A stretch of 64,000 nucleotides of DNA, taken from assembly GCF_963921235.1 (NCBI RefSeq), contig NC_086097.1:197596001-197660000 (forward strand). The letters run 5' to 3'. Below, piece by piece: positions 39,387-53,113 of this stretch. This DNA is from Mobula hypostoma (lineage: Eukaryota). Within the stretch, counting starts at the first letter, position 1, and each line of letters opens with the position of its first letter. The translations under genes and the position numbers were made by a program. Below the pieces are notes generated by a model. That model was not told the origin of the DNA. It saw only the letters and a program-made list of their open reading frames with translations, and ran no database searches.

Positions 39387-40839
39387 TGAGAAATACCCAC
39401 CTAACTGGGCTGATGAGTGATAGAGCTAGGAGAGTGTTACAGCTCCAATGATCCAATTTCCAGCAGACTTCCTGTACAGACTGTGTTGCATTTGCAAGTT
39501 TCCCATGTGGTAATGTTTGTTTCCCTTGGGTTTTCTGTTTGTTTATCCCACATCTCGAAGAGATATGAATTTGTAAATTAACTGACCATTGTGTGCTTCT
39601 AATTGGGAGAATCAGAAGGGAGTTGATGGAAACCTTGGAAGAATGAAATGAAATTAATATAAATGCTTGATGGTTGATGAGGGCTCTGTGAGTCTGCATG
39701 TTTTTGTGTTGCTTTACTCTCATCTGTTAAATATCTCCTGCAATTTCTGATTTTATTTCACATTTCAGGCTTATGTATTTGTCTTTGTATTGATTATTGA
39801 AGTTGGTGAGTTAATGTGTATCTACCAATAAGCATTCTCTTAACCATGATAATATGTTGAATAAGAGATGGAGAAGAAATATGTCCAAGGGTAAATCAGC
39901 AGGTCCTTGTTTGACTGGAGGTGCAGTATACCGCTGTATACAGTAGTATCTCTTGAGCATATTATCTGCAGTTTAATCACTATTCAGAGACCAAAATATT
40001 AATGTGGACTTGCAGGACTTAAATTGCTTGATAATTGTTCTTAGCCAGTATCAGAGTTACTACCAAAGAGATCCATTTGGTGTTTTCTTTTGTTGCAATT
40101 GTTTTGCCATTCTGGCTATTTGGCTGCAGAAATCAGGCACTGAATATACTACGTGCAGTAAAATTGGGTCACATGCTATTCTAGATGGGGGTAGCTGGCT
40201 ACTGTGCTTGAAGAAATGTTTGTGATTCTGTTAGTTTGATATGTTGCATTTCAGGTCTAGAAGGATAATAGGATTTGTTACTGGTAGTTCTGCAACTTTC
40301 ATGATGAAATTTGAAGTTGTAACAATAGGTTCAATATAGTGGAATTATCACAACATGCTGCATCTTCCAGCTTAAAATGGCACTGGCGAATCTCAGCAAC
40401 TTCTGGCTGGTGGCTAATGAAACAATGAAAATAACTAAATACGTTGTTACTCACTCTTTTTCTGGTAGGTGATTATTGCAAACGATAACCTATAACTTCC
40501 ATTTGAACTTGGAGGTAATACAATTTGGGAGAACTGAGTCAAGGCAAGGCAGTGGGTTCTTTGCTGAGAGCAAAGAAGACCTGAGTTTTGATTGATTTAA
40601 GCACCATGCCAAATTGGAAAGTTCAGGTTCAGGCTGAATTGAGGTGGCATGGTCCAGGCCCTAGAGAGTGTCAAAACGACTGAAGCTGATATTTGGATGA
40701 TTTAAGTGCCAGGCCAGATTGAAAAGGCCGGGGTGTTGAGACTCGAGGTGAGGGACAGGCTGGTTCATTTTGCTGCTCCACTCTTCACTGAACTAAGGGA
40801 CTATGGACAGGACTGTCTTTGTTGGACTTCAGTGAGAAT

Positions 40840-41342
40840 AGAATATAGAACATAGACATCTACAGCACATTACAGATGCTTCAGCCAACAATATTGTGTT
40901 GACCATGTAACCTACTCTAGAAACTGCCTAGAATTTCCCTATCACAGAACCCTCTATTTTTCTAAGCTCCATGTACCTATCTAATAGTCTTTTAAAAGGC
41001 CCTATTGTATCCACCTCCACCACCATCACCAGCTGTGCATTCCACGTAACCACCACTCTCTGTGTGGAAAAACTTACCCGTGACATCCCCACTGTACCTG
41101 TTTCCAAGCGCCTTAAAACTATGCCCGCTTGTGTTAGGCATTTCGGCCCTGGAATGCGATTTGCTTGTGTTTATTCTTCACATGATTTGGGATTTTTTCT
41201 CTTTGCACATTGGGTGTTTGAGGGTCTTATTTTTAATGTTTTATTTTGGATTTCTTTGGTTTCTGACTGCCTGTTAGGAGGGGAATCTCAAGGTTGCGTA
41301 ATGTATACACATTTTGATAATAAATGTACTTTGAACTTTGAT
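40840..41342. mobile_element. CR1 3' end (-) abutting a Rex1-type 3' tail (+)
   Basis: atagaacatagacatctacagc is the reverse CR1 tail; aataaatgtactttgaactttga is the Rex1-type tail. Confidence 0.72.
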
Positions 41343-43424
41343 CTTGGAGTAACTAAGCCTGTAAATTGTTTTCCTGCAGAGTAACTCTGAAAAGATGAGG
41401 TTATTTCAAAAGCTGGACATATCCCAAAAGTGTTTTCTTAACATAACAAGACTGTTTAAGGGCATGGTGTGCCCTGCTGAGACTATTTTAGTGCAATATA
41501 GTGTTCCATAAATGGTATAAAAATACTCAATGGTAACACTGTGGTGTTCATCAGTGATTCTTGTACCATGAGTACCATACATAAATATGGTGAAGGCTCA
41601 GTTGGTGCACACTTGTCAATAGAGTGGTGCTCCTCTATATTTAAATATTGTTGGTGAAAGTTCTTGGATCACAAGAATATAAGAGACAGGACTAACGGAA
41701 AACAAAATTAGATCCTTAAGCTTGCTAGCTGACCTACTGTCGACTCTAACACCATCTCCTTACACTTTCTGTTCACAGATGTCTGTTCATTTCAATTGAT
41801 TTTGTATTTTCAATATATTCAAAGCTAGTTTTTGGGGCAGAGATTTCCATAGATTCTTCCCCTTTGAAAAAAGGAATTCCTTAACTGCATCTGAAATGAC
41901 TGACCCCAAAATATTGAAGTATAGTCTTAGATTCCAGTTACCCTCAATAGGGGAATGAATGGAGTGACATCTTCTCAGCATCCAATGCATAAATATAATT
42001 TAGAAATCAGAAAGGTTATAATGACTCTGATTTTGAATTGAATAGAAGAATATTGGTACACAGTAAGCCCTGTTAATTTGTGTAAATATAGAGTACACAT
42101 TCTGCCTTAAGGGGAAGGCATCTTGAAAATCCTACATAAAATGATGCACATGCAATCCTTGCAAAAAACCAAAAAATCTTCAGAATTGTTGCTACAAATA
42201 CAAAATTGTTTTGCAATTATGTTGAATAAATAAATAAGTATATAAAATGTTTTAATCTATAAGTAAGATCTAATGGGCTGTTCTATGCTCTTCAGGAGGG
42301 ACTGGGAACTTAGAGGAACAGAATAATTCCAACCATAGAAGTAATTTATTGAGACATAGTATAATATTTTTGCCAGTTAACTTGACTGCTTGGCAAATAT
42401 AAGGACTTTTGAAGGCATAGAAATGTGGCACTTTCTAGGGTGATCATTCCAAAAGTTGGCCTATATCTGCCTGCTTGCTTTTCAAGTTCAAGTTTCAAGT
42501 TTAATTGTCATTCAATTATATGTGAATATAGCCAAATGAAACAGTGTTCTTCCATGGCCAAGTTACAAAACACATTACCAATAGCTCACATCACAATCAG
42601 CACATATGATTATGATTTCATAAAAGCATACAGTCTTAAACCGAAAAAATAGCCCAAGTCCCAGAATTGTCCCGGTCCAGCTTGTTCTTCCACTGAACAA
42701 ACACTGGGGAGCAGCATTGAGCAAGTTCTGGAGGGTAATACAGAGCTAAAACAGGAGAGCAGCAGGTGGGGTTTTATGATCACAATAAAAGCATTTAAAA
42801 CAAACACCCTCACCTTTTTGGACTGCACACCATCTTGACACAAGGTGTGGAGTAAGTACAGTTCCATCGCTATATGGGTGGGGGGGGGGGAGAGGTGGTT
42901 GTTGCAACTACTAGTGGATAAATATGATATAAATCAATGTATTCATATTGTAAGATTAGGGTTAGCAGAAATTAATATTTATTTTATGAAATGATACTTG
43001 TTTGAATTTTCACGTGTGTTCATGTTTTCATATTTACTAGTGCAATTAAATTTTAAAATAAGACACAATACAGTAGAAAATAATGGTGCTGATATAATTG
43101 TATGGAATTAATAGGGTCTTGTGAAAGGAAAGTTGCATTTAACTACTCGAGTTGAATTCCTTGGAGACAAATCTTGCAGAGTAGATGAAGGGGTAGCTAG
43201 TGCATGTGGGGTATTAGATCAGCTTTTAATGAGGTTCTTTGTAAGGTTAAACCACATGAACTTTGAGGTTAATATACAAACATGGACTGAAGGATGAAGC
43301 CAGTAGCAGGCTTTTGGCATGCTGTAATTTGTGGGCTATGGCAGAGATAGTGTATAGGGCATAATTAATATTGACAACTTGGCTGACAGAACCAAATGTA
43401 ACACTTATAAATTTGCTTTTGAGA

Positions 43425-43730
43425 TGTTATATGCTGGGTCCAGGAAAGGTCCTCTGAATGATAACACCGATGAATTTAAAGTTGCTGACCCTCTTTACCT
43501 CTGATCCTCTGAGGACAGGCTCATTGATCTCTGATTTCATTTTCCTGAAGTCAATAATCAGCTCTTTGGTCTTGCTGACATTGAGTAAGAGGTTGCTGTG
43601 GCACCACTCAGCCAGATTTTCAATCTTCCTCCTAATGATGATTTGTCACTACCTTTGATTTGGTCAATGACAGTGGTGTTGTGAGCAAACTTGAATATGG
43701 CGTTGGAGCTCTGCTTGGCCACACAGAGGT
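43425..43730 (-). mobile_element. Rex1-type RT fragment
   Basis: SSNAIFKFAHNTTVI; similar to 11260-11560. Confidence 0.75.
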
Positions 43731-44259
43731 CTGAACACAACCTGTTATGCTAAGATAAGGAACTCAATCTGCTTTCTTGTGTATAATTTGTTTTTCATGT
43801 TGGCCTTGCCAAACTACGTACCACTAATTTTACATAAATTATTTGCCATTATGCAGTGCATTTCCCCATTTCATATAAATCACTTCAGTTTATTACATTT
43901 TCCATTAGCTATTTCTTGCAAAATTGCTGCCCATATTAAAAGCGATCCCTGGGAAGCACCAGCAGTACTGTTGTCTCTATAGTGAAACATATGCATCAAT
44001 TATAACTTCCTGGTTATATTTCACATTTCTGGTATTACAGCTTGTCATAATGTTTGTGGCTCTTCAAATGATTCTTACACTGTACTAGCTTTCTTGCCAT
44101 AAAGCTGCAGGACTAGATTCGAAGTATATTTATTTCCTCTATACCATGCTGGGCACTCTGTTGAGCCCAGCACTGGGGTGTGAGATCAGATGTTCTCACT
44201 GTGTTTGGTTGTGGATACATGGAAGTCTGTGATGAGCTATATAATGCAGAAAGCATGTA

Positions 44260-44668
44260 GTTGTCTAAGGAACTGTCGTATACAGGTAATTCCAATCTGC
44301 AGCAGATGGTATGGCCTCCACAGAGCCCTGATCTCAGGATCATTGAGGTTGTCTGGGATTACCTCAAGAGACAGAAGCAAGTGTGGTAGCCAAACTTTGC
44401 AGAAGAATTGTGGCAAGTTCTCCAAAATGCATGAAGCAACCTAGCAGCTGATTTTTTATAAGACTGCATGACAAGGTACCTAAGAGAACTGATGCAGTTT
44501 TAAAGGCAAAGGGTAGTCACATCAAATATTGGTTTGATTTATCTTTTACTTTTTTACTACTATTATAGAAATTTTTTTGATATTTAGATATGTTACATTA
44601 TTTTTGAAAGCATCTTCACTTTACGTTTTTTTACATGCACCTAAGATGGTGCACTTTATACAGTACCG
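44260..44668 (+). mobile_element. Tc1-like transposon 3' remnant
   Basis: tggcctccacagagccctgatctc translates to WPPQSPDL.IIE.VW, the DD34E third-residue motif. Ends with a TIR-like cagtaccg followed by TA. Confidence 0.72.
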
Positions 44669-44669
44669 T

Positions 44670-45590
44670 ATAAAGCGAGTAGAGCAGGGGCTAAGCACAC
44701 AGTTTTGTGGTGCATCTGTGCTGACACAGATTGTGGAGATGTTGCCAATCTGGTTGGGTGTGCATGTGAGGATCCAGTTGCACAAAGATGTATTGAGGCC
44801 TAGGTCTTGCACCTTATTGATTAGTTTTGAGTGATAGTGGTCTTGAATGCTGAGCTGTAGTCAGTGAAGAACATCCTGATGTAGGCATTTTCACTGTCCA
44901 GATTGTTGTAAGGTTGAGTGAAGAGCCAATGAAATTGCAGTTGCTGTTATCCTCTTGTGACTGTGAGCAAACTGGAGTGGATCCAAGTCACCTTTCTTGT
45001 TATTATATGTTTATTATAAGTTTCATTATCAACCTCTCAAAGCCCTTCACCACAGTGAATGTAAGTGCTATTGGATGATAGTCATTGAGATAGGATACCA
45101 TGTTCTTCTTAAGCACCAGTATAATTGAAGCCTGCTAGAAGCAGGTTCTTGTAATAGATTGACCAGAACTGCATACAATACTCTATTTCTGGCCTAACTA
45201 GAGTTTTATACAGCTGCAACATGACTTCCTGAGTCTTGTGCGCAATGTCCCATCTGATGAAGGCAAGTTGTCATTTGCCTTCTTTACCATTCTATCTACT
45301 TATATTGCCACTTGGAGTGAGCTATGGATTTGGACCTCAGGATCGCTCTGTACATCAATGCTGTTAAGGGTCCTGTCATTAACTATACTTGCCACTTACA
45401 TTTGACCACCTAAGGTATAATGGTTCATCCTTGTCTGGATTAAATTCCACCTGCCATTTCTCCACCCATATTTGAATGGATATAGCAGTATATCTTGCTA
45501 TATACTTTGACAACCTTCCAAATTTTCCATGGCTCCACCAAATTTTGTGTCATCTTCAAATATGTTAACTAACTTGTACTTTTGCTGTAA
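44670..45590 (-). mobile_element. Rex1 fragment followed by an old CR1 fragment
   Basis: LGLNTSLCNWIL...APQNCVLSP (Rex1); CR1 RT-like sequence at 45150-45590. Confidence 0.7.
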
Positions 45591-45624
45591 TCTTAAGGTG
45601 GGCAAGGTCTTGTTGGTATAGTAC

Positions 45625-46163
45625 TGCAACGCCATGGGGAAGGTTTCACTGCTAATGCAATGGTTGTTCTGTATCAGCAGTGTTTGGGTTATGACTAGAG
45701 ATAACAGGAGCTTTGGAATGTGCGCCGTCCGATGAAGGGAGTATTTTTTTTCTTGTTGTGTGCCTGAGAGTGAGGTGTTTTAGGTCTTTTGTTCAGAGGA
45801 AGATGAACAGAGAAGATGCCTGAAAGGAGTGGACCTGGAGCGGGGCCGGGAGTCAACAAAACCCGGGGAAATTGATGGAGAACCACCGGAAGGGAAACCG
45901 TGAGCTCCAATGTGTGCATTAGACTGTTTTATTAATATGGGCCCTTTTTGTTTTTCTTTACTAACCCTCTAGTCAATTAAGAATTATAAAGCTTACTTGT
46001 TGAATTGCCTATGGTGTACTGTCTGTTGTTTCGTGGTACTGATTTGTAACATCATGCAGCATCCACACAAACAAGATGTTTTGCACCTCGCGTTTTATAC
46101 ATTTGGTGGGGCCAGAGACAGTCTTCCCTAGACTAACGCCGGTGGCTGAACCTGAGGGTTACA
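45625..46163 (+). repeat. 5' LTR (539 bp)
   Basis: Termini TGCAAC...GTTACA; similar to the sequence from 52456. Confidence 0.88.
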
Positions 46164-46167
46164 ATTG

Positions 46168-46186
46168 TGGGGGTATCGTTGCAGGA
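46168..46186 (+). promoter_or_regulatory. Primer-binding site, degenerate tRNA-Pro type
   Basis: TGGGGGTATCGTTGCAGGA just after the LTR, compared with the canonical TGGGGGCTCGTCCGGGAT. Confidence 0.6.
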
Positions 46187-49100
46187 TTGATTTCGTTGGA
46201 TGCTGTGTGATTGCCCTGAGCATTGAACTAGTGGGTTGCGCTCAAGTCTGTGCTAGTATGGATGCTGCCGAGGTGGACCAGTGGTGTGCATCCACAGGGT
46301 TACCGGTGACTAATGTGTGTTGAGGGGGGTAGGTATTCGTACTCCAGATGAATTGTTAATTCGACTTTTAAGCACTGTTAAAGCTGTTGGCAAAGTTATG
46401 ATTGTGGGGCAGAGGTTTGATAAAATGGCGGGCACAGACCTTGTTTTAGTTCAGACTAACACTGACGTAACAGAAGTGGAACTGCCTGGTACTGTTGGGG
46501 CCCCAGGTGAGGGGGAGCCGTGGACTGCACGTTCCAGGAGGTGGAGACTGTAGTGGAGCGAGCTGAATCGCAAGTCGAGTCTCCTGTAGCTGGAGGCGGA
46601 GACTTCAAAGACAGGTTTCTCTCGTTTCTGCCTAGCGAGGGGAAGGAGTGGTCTGATTTGGAATGTCTAATGAGTCCCTGTCTCCCAGTGAAGAGTGAGA
46701 ATTATGAGTTAGTATCTGCCCTTACCTTTCTGGTGAATAATTGGAAAAATGCCCAGGTCCAAAGTCCCAGCTATGGTAGACTCCGCCTATTCTCAGGAAT
46801 GAAGCCCACCCGTAAAGGGGAAGAGGAGTATGAGACTTGGGCGGAGCAGGCCTCTCAGTTGTTAGATGAGTGGCAGTGCTCTGATGACATAAAATGACAG
46901 TGATTGGTTGAAAGTTTGAGGGGGTGGGCTGCTGACATTGTGAGAGCTGTAAAGTCCCAGTATCCTCTTGCCACTGTTGCCGTTTGCATATGAGCACTGG
47001 AAAATGCATTTGGTGTGACATGAAGCCCAATGGAGCTCATGATGGGATTTCAGAACATGTGTCAGAAGAAGGGAGAGAAGCTTTCTGTCTACGTCTTTCA
47101 GCTAGAGAGGCAGCTAAACTATTTGCGGCGCAAGGGTTCAGGCGGCTGAGATGGTCAGTTAATAATGGACCAGACAACAAAGGGTGTCCAGTCCCAGGAC
47201 TTGATCCCCTGGGGCCTCCGACTCTCTCATAAGACGCACTCCACCCCCCATTTGTTGATTTGGTCAGAGAAGTACGAGAGCAGGAGAATGCGTTGAAGGC
47301 GCGGGGTATAATCCTCGGTAGTGGTCCCCTGCGGTGAAGTGACCACGGATAGCCTGCTCCGGGGAGTGGTAGAGGAGATTGTGGCAGAGTTGAGAACTGA
47401 GATGCCCCGGTTGTTATCAGCGGGTGTGGAACTCCTCCCCCCAATATGATGGAGCTGATAGGGAAGCGGATCATCTCAGGGGATGGACTACGTGGAGGGC
47501 TGCTAGCAGTCGGTGTCACACGAGAAGGGGAGCGGCCGGTATTGTCTGTTATAACTGTGGTGAAGAGGGACACTTCAGGTTGGAGAGTGAGCCCCAGGTA
47601 CCTAAACAGAGAGAGTCATTGGGAAAACTTAAAAGGGACCCAGTGAGGGGATGGCCTGGCTATCGGGGGAAACACATTTCAAGCAATATATCAAGGAACA
47701 CCCTAAAGCAAAAAACCCTATTTTAAAGGCATAGTGGGGCCAAGTTCCAGTGTATCGCTACAGATAAAGGGTATTTATGCTAGAGCTGTACTTGACACAG
47801 GGTCGCAGGTCACTTTACCGTTCATTTTACAACCAGTATTTATCGCAATTACCATTGATGCCATTCAGTGCAGAAGAGATCTGGGGTCTTAGTGCGGGTC
47901 ATTGTTCATATCATGGTTATTTGTCAGTGAAGCTGGAGTTTTCGGAGGCCAATGTGGGAGTAGCTGAGGCTCTTGATACATTAGTGTTAGTTTGTCCGGA
48001 CCCCATTGAGAAGGGCGGTGTTTCAATTCTTGTGGGGACCAACAGTCCAATTGTGAGGAGGCTCATGGGAGACTGCAAGGAGAAAACTGGAGAGAGCTTC
48101 CTGAGAACATTGTTCGTTCACCCCTTTCACCTGGTGTTTCAAGCTGCTGTTGAGGAAGTGTGTGGCTGCATTGGGCCAGATACCGAGTTTGGACGAGGGA
48201 CTGTGTGGTTCACCCAGTCAAAGCCAATCATGTTACCGCCCAGGGAAGTAGCAAGAGTGATGGGGACCCACAAATTTCCTGGAATGCCTGAGGGCAAGGC
48301 CCTCTTAATGGACACTCTGGAAGACCATGAGGAGGAGTTGGGAATACCTGCTGGGGTACAGGTGAGGCCCGAATTGCAGAAGCCCTTGGTTGTACAGGCA
48401 AACAGGCTGGCAGTGATTGTCCAGAACACTACGAAGAGGGAGATCACCTTCAAACGGGGCATGCCCTGGTGCATCTTTTCCCGGTAACGGTAATGTCTAG
48501 TGTCCCTGTGAGACAAGCCAGGGAGAAGCTATCTGAAAAAGGGGGAAGTTGACTGCTGAGTCATTTAATTTTGGGGACTCCCCAGTACCTGTTGGTTGGA
48601 ATAGGAGGTTGATAGAGAAGATGTTGAAGCTGGAAGGTGTCTTTTCTACTGATGAGTTTGATGTGGGTTGTTCTAAGAGCACTCATCACACTATCCAAGT
48701 GACTGGGGACACCCCGTTGGGAGATAGGTCATGACGATTGGTTCCCCGCAGAGGTGGAAGACGTTCGGCAGCATTTATGTAAGTTGAAGGAAGCTGGGAT
48801 CACCACTGAGTCCAGAAGCCCCTATGCATTCCCCAGTAGTAGTGGCCATAAAGAAGAATAGGAAGGTATAGGTGTGTGTGGACTATAGGACTCTGAACAG
48901 GCGTAACGCCCCCGGCCTGTATATGGTCCCAAGGATCGAAGGCGCGCTGGCCTGTCTGAGTGGTGCAAAGTGGTTCAATGTGCTAGACTTGAGGAGTGGA
49001 TATTACCAGATCCCCATGAGTGAGGCTGACAAAGAGAAGACAGCATTTATATGTCCCCTGCAATTTTTCCAGTTCAAAAGGATGCCCAGGGCATATTGGG

Positions 49101-49421
49101 AGCCCCTGCAACCTTCCAGCATGTCATGGAGAAGATGGTGGGGGATATGAACTTGCTTGAGGTATTGGTGAATCTGGATGACTTCATTGTGTTTGAGTCC
49201 ACCCTGGAAGAGCATGAAGCGAGGCTACTGAAGGTGCTGGGTCACCTGAAAGCTGGGGTTAAAACTTTCCCTGGGTAAGTGCCAGTTCTGCAAGACATCT
49301 GTCAGCTATGTTGAGCACATAGTCTCATGGAATGGAGTAGCTACGGATTTGGCAAAGATAGAGGCAGTGACTATGTGGCCAAGACCCCAGACTGTGAGCG
49401 CTTTGTGCTTGTTCCTTGGGT

Positions 49422-49777
49422 TAGAAACATAGAAAACCTACAGCACAATACAGGCCCTTCGGCCCACAAAGTTGTGCTGAATGTGTCCCTACCTTAGAAA
49501 TTACTAGGGTTACCCATAGCCCTCTATTTTTCTAAGCTCTATGTACCTATCCAGGAGTCTCTTAAAAGACCCTATCGTATCCGCCTCCAACACCGTTGCC
49601 GGCAGCCCATTCCACGCACTCACCACTCTGCATAAAAAAACTTACCCCTGACATCTCCTCTGTACCTACTCCCCTGCACCTTAAACTTATGCCCTCTTGT
49701 GGCAGCCATCTCAGCCCTGGGAAAAAGCCTCTGACTATCCACATGATCAATGCTTCAGTTGATGTCAATGCCTCGAT
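49422..49777 (-). mobile_element. CR1 3' end inserted into Gypsy pol
   Basis: Reverse complement of about 20205-20540. Splits the FLG..YRRF motif; a short GGTT duplication is possible. Confidence 0.9.
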
Positions 49778-52455
49778 GGTTCTGGGTTGCTATCGGAGGT
49801 TCGTGAAGGGCTACATGAAAGTGAGTCACCCTTTAAATTAGCTTTTGTGTGCTTACCCTCCCTTGGGGAAGAAAGGGAGGAGGGTGAAGAGCATCTTAGC
49901 CCTTCGGTGTCTTTTGGACCGAGGTGAGATGCGAAATGTGAAGAGGCATTTCAGTTGCTGAAGGAGGTGCTGACCTAGGTGCCTGTGCTGGCTTTTGCAG
50001 ACCCCCGATTGCTGTATGTACTGCATACCGATGCCAGCAGAGAGGGATTAGTGGGTGTCCTGTATCAGGATCAGGGCACCAGGTTGCTGCCCATTGCACT
50101 TGTCAGCTGGAGTCTGTCGCCTTCTGAGAAAAACTGTCCCACACAGAAGTTGGGGTTTCTGGCATTGAAATGGGCTGTGGTGGATAAGCTGAGTGACTAC
50201 CTCTATCGTGCCAAGTTTGAGGTGAGGATGGACAACAGTCCCCTAACTTATATCCTGACCTCAGCGAAATTGGATGCCACAGGCCATTGGTGGTTGCCGA
50301 TGTTGTCTGCCTATGATTTCAGCCTGAAATACCGGCGGGGAAGTAGGAATATTGATGCTGATGCTTTGTCCCGATGTGCGCATGAAGGGCTGGGCAGTGA
50401 TGAAGAGTGGGAGAGCCTTCCTGCCTGGGGGTGAAAGCCATGTGCCAGTTTGCCATCACGGTGAAGGCAGACGGGAGGCAAGGGCAGGATCGAGCAGTGG
50501 ATCAATTGGGAGCTTCTGATGGTGCCATTCCACAAGTTTACTGTAACCCGACTGCTCTGAGGACAAACCAGACCAGTTACTGGAATTGAGTCCTGGGGAA
50601 GTGGCAGCTGCTCAGCGAGATGACCCGGGACTCGGTACCATTTGGTCAGCGGTCAAAAAGGGAGACATGGCCCAAGCGGAGAAAACAAAACATGCTGCAG
50701 TGCCTCCATTACTGAGAGAACGGCCCCGATTGGAGATGAGGTACCAGATCCTACAATGGGTCACATCACCTCCAGACTGACTTTGGCGTTCCCAGTTGGT
50801 TCTGCCTGAGAAATATCGAAGGATTGTGAAGTCCTTCGATTATTCTGGACATTTGGGGGTTGAAAAGACCTTTTTATTGCTCAGAGATTGGTTTTACTGA
50901 CCCCGAATGAAGCCGGAGGTCGATGAATACTTCAAGTTGTGCATTCGATGCATATGGAGGAAGATGCAGCCTATGAGGGCAGCTCCTTGTCCCACTTGCC
51001 CTCTTGACCTGGTGTGTATGGATTTCCTGTTAATAGAGCCAGATGCCACCAACTTGGCGAATGTCTTAGTCATCACAGATCATTACACCAGTTATGCGCC
51101 AGCTTTTCCTACCAAAGATCAGAGGGCATCCACGGTGTTGTGGGAGAAGTATTTCATTTCTTATGGCCTTCCCAAGCAGATACATAGTGATCAGGGACTG
51201 GGATTTTGAGAGTAGGCTCATTCATGAGTTACTGAGTATGCTCAGAGTCAAGAAGTCGAGAACTACTCCTTATTACCCGCAGGGTGACCCCCCAGCCCAA
51301 GAGGTTTAATCGGACCTTGCTAGACATACTCAGACCCTTGGTGATCAGCAAGAAGAAAAGGTAGAGTCAACAGATTGGACATTCGGTCCGCTGCTACAAT
51401 TGTACCCGAGATGAAGCTACAGGGTACTCACCATGTTATCTGATGTTTGGGCGTGAGGCGAGATTGCCCATCAAACTTTGTTTTGGGACTGACGAGGATG
51501 ATCTACCACTGAAGACTTATCTGAAGAATGTGTTTGATATGAGCAGGGAGTTGAAAAAAGATTATGAATTAGCTGACATCACAGCTGCCAAGCAAAATCA
51601 AGGAAATAAGAGGAACTATGATCAAAAGGTTATGTTCTCCCAATTCACGCTGGAAGACAGAGTCCTCATAAGGAATTAGGGGCCGCCTGGGAATCCTAAG
51701 TTGGCTGACCACTGGGCGGCTACACGCCCTATGTAGTGGAGAATCAGATGCCAAACGTACCAGTTTTCTGTATGAAACCAGAGGATGGGAATGGGCTTGT
51801 CAAGATTCTCCATTGGAACCACCTTCTGCCTCTGGGACAAGAGGTGCGGGTTGACCCAGAGCCAACCTGGAGTCTGCACCTAGTAAGAGGACTCTGCAGC
51901 ATCGCAGGACGACTGAAGGACCAACAGTAGGAGAGGTTAGACCAGCTCCTGTCCCTGAGTGGGATACTGATTTGGTGAATGAGGAAATGGGGGTGTGGTA
52001 TATGCTGTTTTTGCTAACTCTCCACTGATTGAGGAAGAGATTCCTAACCCTTCTCATGTTGAGCCAGGTGAAATTGGGGGGAGGGGGCACTATCTGTGGA
52101 CAGCCTGGGGTTCAGTGGGACCCTGCAAGGGATGAAACAGGGCTTGGCCAAGGGACAAAGGCTTCCGAGTTGCAGGAGGGCACGAGTGATAGACCAGGGG
52201 AGGCCTCGCCAGGTAGACTAGAAGTATCCGCAGTAGTGTCGGAACATGAAGAGGTAGCTGAAGGGGGTATGGAAGTCTCAAAGAATCAGGAGACCACCGG
52301 ATAGGCTGGCCTATGTAGCACGGGGGGAACAGAGAGTGGCCCCCTACTACTTTGGGGAGGTGTTTTACACCTGGATTGGACTTTATGCTTTATTGGAAGG
52401 GTTGGCAAATTATCCCAAAGTCATGAGGACATGACTAAATTTGGTGGGGAGGGAG

Positions 52456-52763
52456 TGTAACACCCTGGGGAAGGTTTCACTGCTAATGTAATGGGTTGTT
52501 CTGCAGCAGCAGTGTTTGGGTTATGACTAGAGATAACAGGGGCTTTGGAATGTGCGCTGTCCAATGAAGGGAGTGGTTTTTTTCTTGTTGTGTGCCTGAG
52601 AGCGAGGTGTTCTCGTTCTTTTGTTCGGCAGAAGATGAAGACCAAAGATGGTTTTCCTTATTAACTCTCTATGTCAAATTAAGAATTATAAAGCTGAATC
52701 GTTGAATTGTATATGGTCTGTTATTTTGTGGCACTGATTTGTAACAGGGTAACACATCACACA
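52456..52763 (+). repeat. 3' LTR, internally deleted and truncated
   Basis: PPT ggggagggag at 52446-52455, then TGTAAC. Lacks the segment matching about 45820-45950 and the right end. Confidence 0.85.
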
Positions 52764-53113
52764 GTTGTGAACAGAGCTAGTGTTTACATTTTGGGTGTTA
52801 CTATGGCTAGTCACTTTAAAGTTGTGTATGAATATTTCAGTTATATTCTGTAATTGTATTTCAAAATCCAAGGCTTTTTTAAAACTTTAGTTTATAATCA
52901 AGTGTAAACATTTTTTAAAAAAGGCTATCCAATTACTTGTTTTATTGGAGAATTGTTAGTTAGCATTGTTAAAATTGGAAAAAAGCAAATTAAGAAAGAG
53001 AAATAAAACACAGTAAGTGATGCCTGCAATTCAACTATAAAGGAATGACACAAAGATCACCAGTGCAATAAATCTGTCAAAAGCCATTTGCAAAATGCAA
53101 GTTTACCTGTTGA

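Larger units (their letters stand above)
45625..52763 (+). mobile_element. Decayed Gypsy/Ty3 LTR retrotransposon with PNMA-like gag
   Basis: Two LTRs, PBS and PPT. Gag RLRLFSG...EEEYETWAEQA...VESLRG and knuckle CYNCGEEGH; protease LDTGSQV; RT CVDYRTLN, LDLRSGYYQI, NLDD; RNase H LHTDAS; integrase MDFL and IHSDQG. Many stops and frameshifts. Confidence 0.93.
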
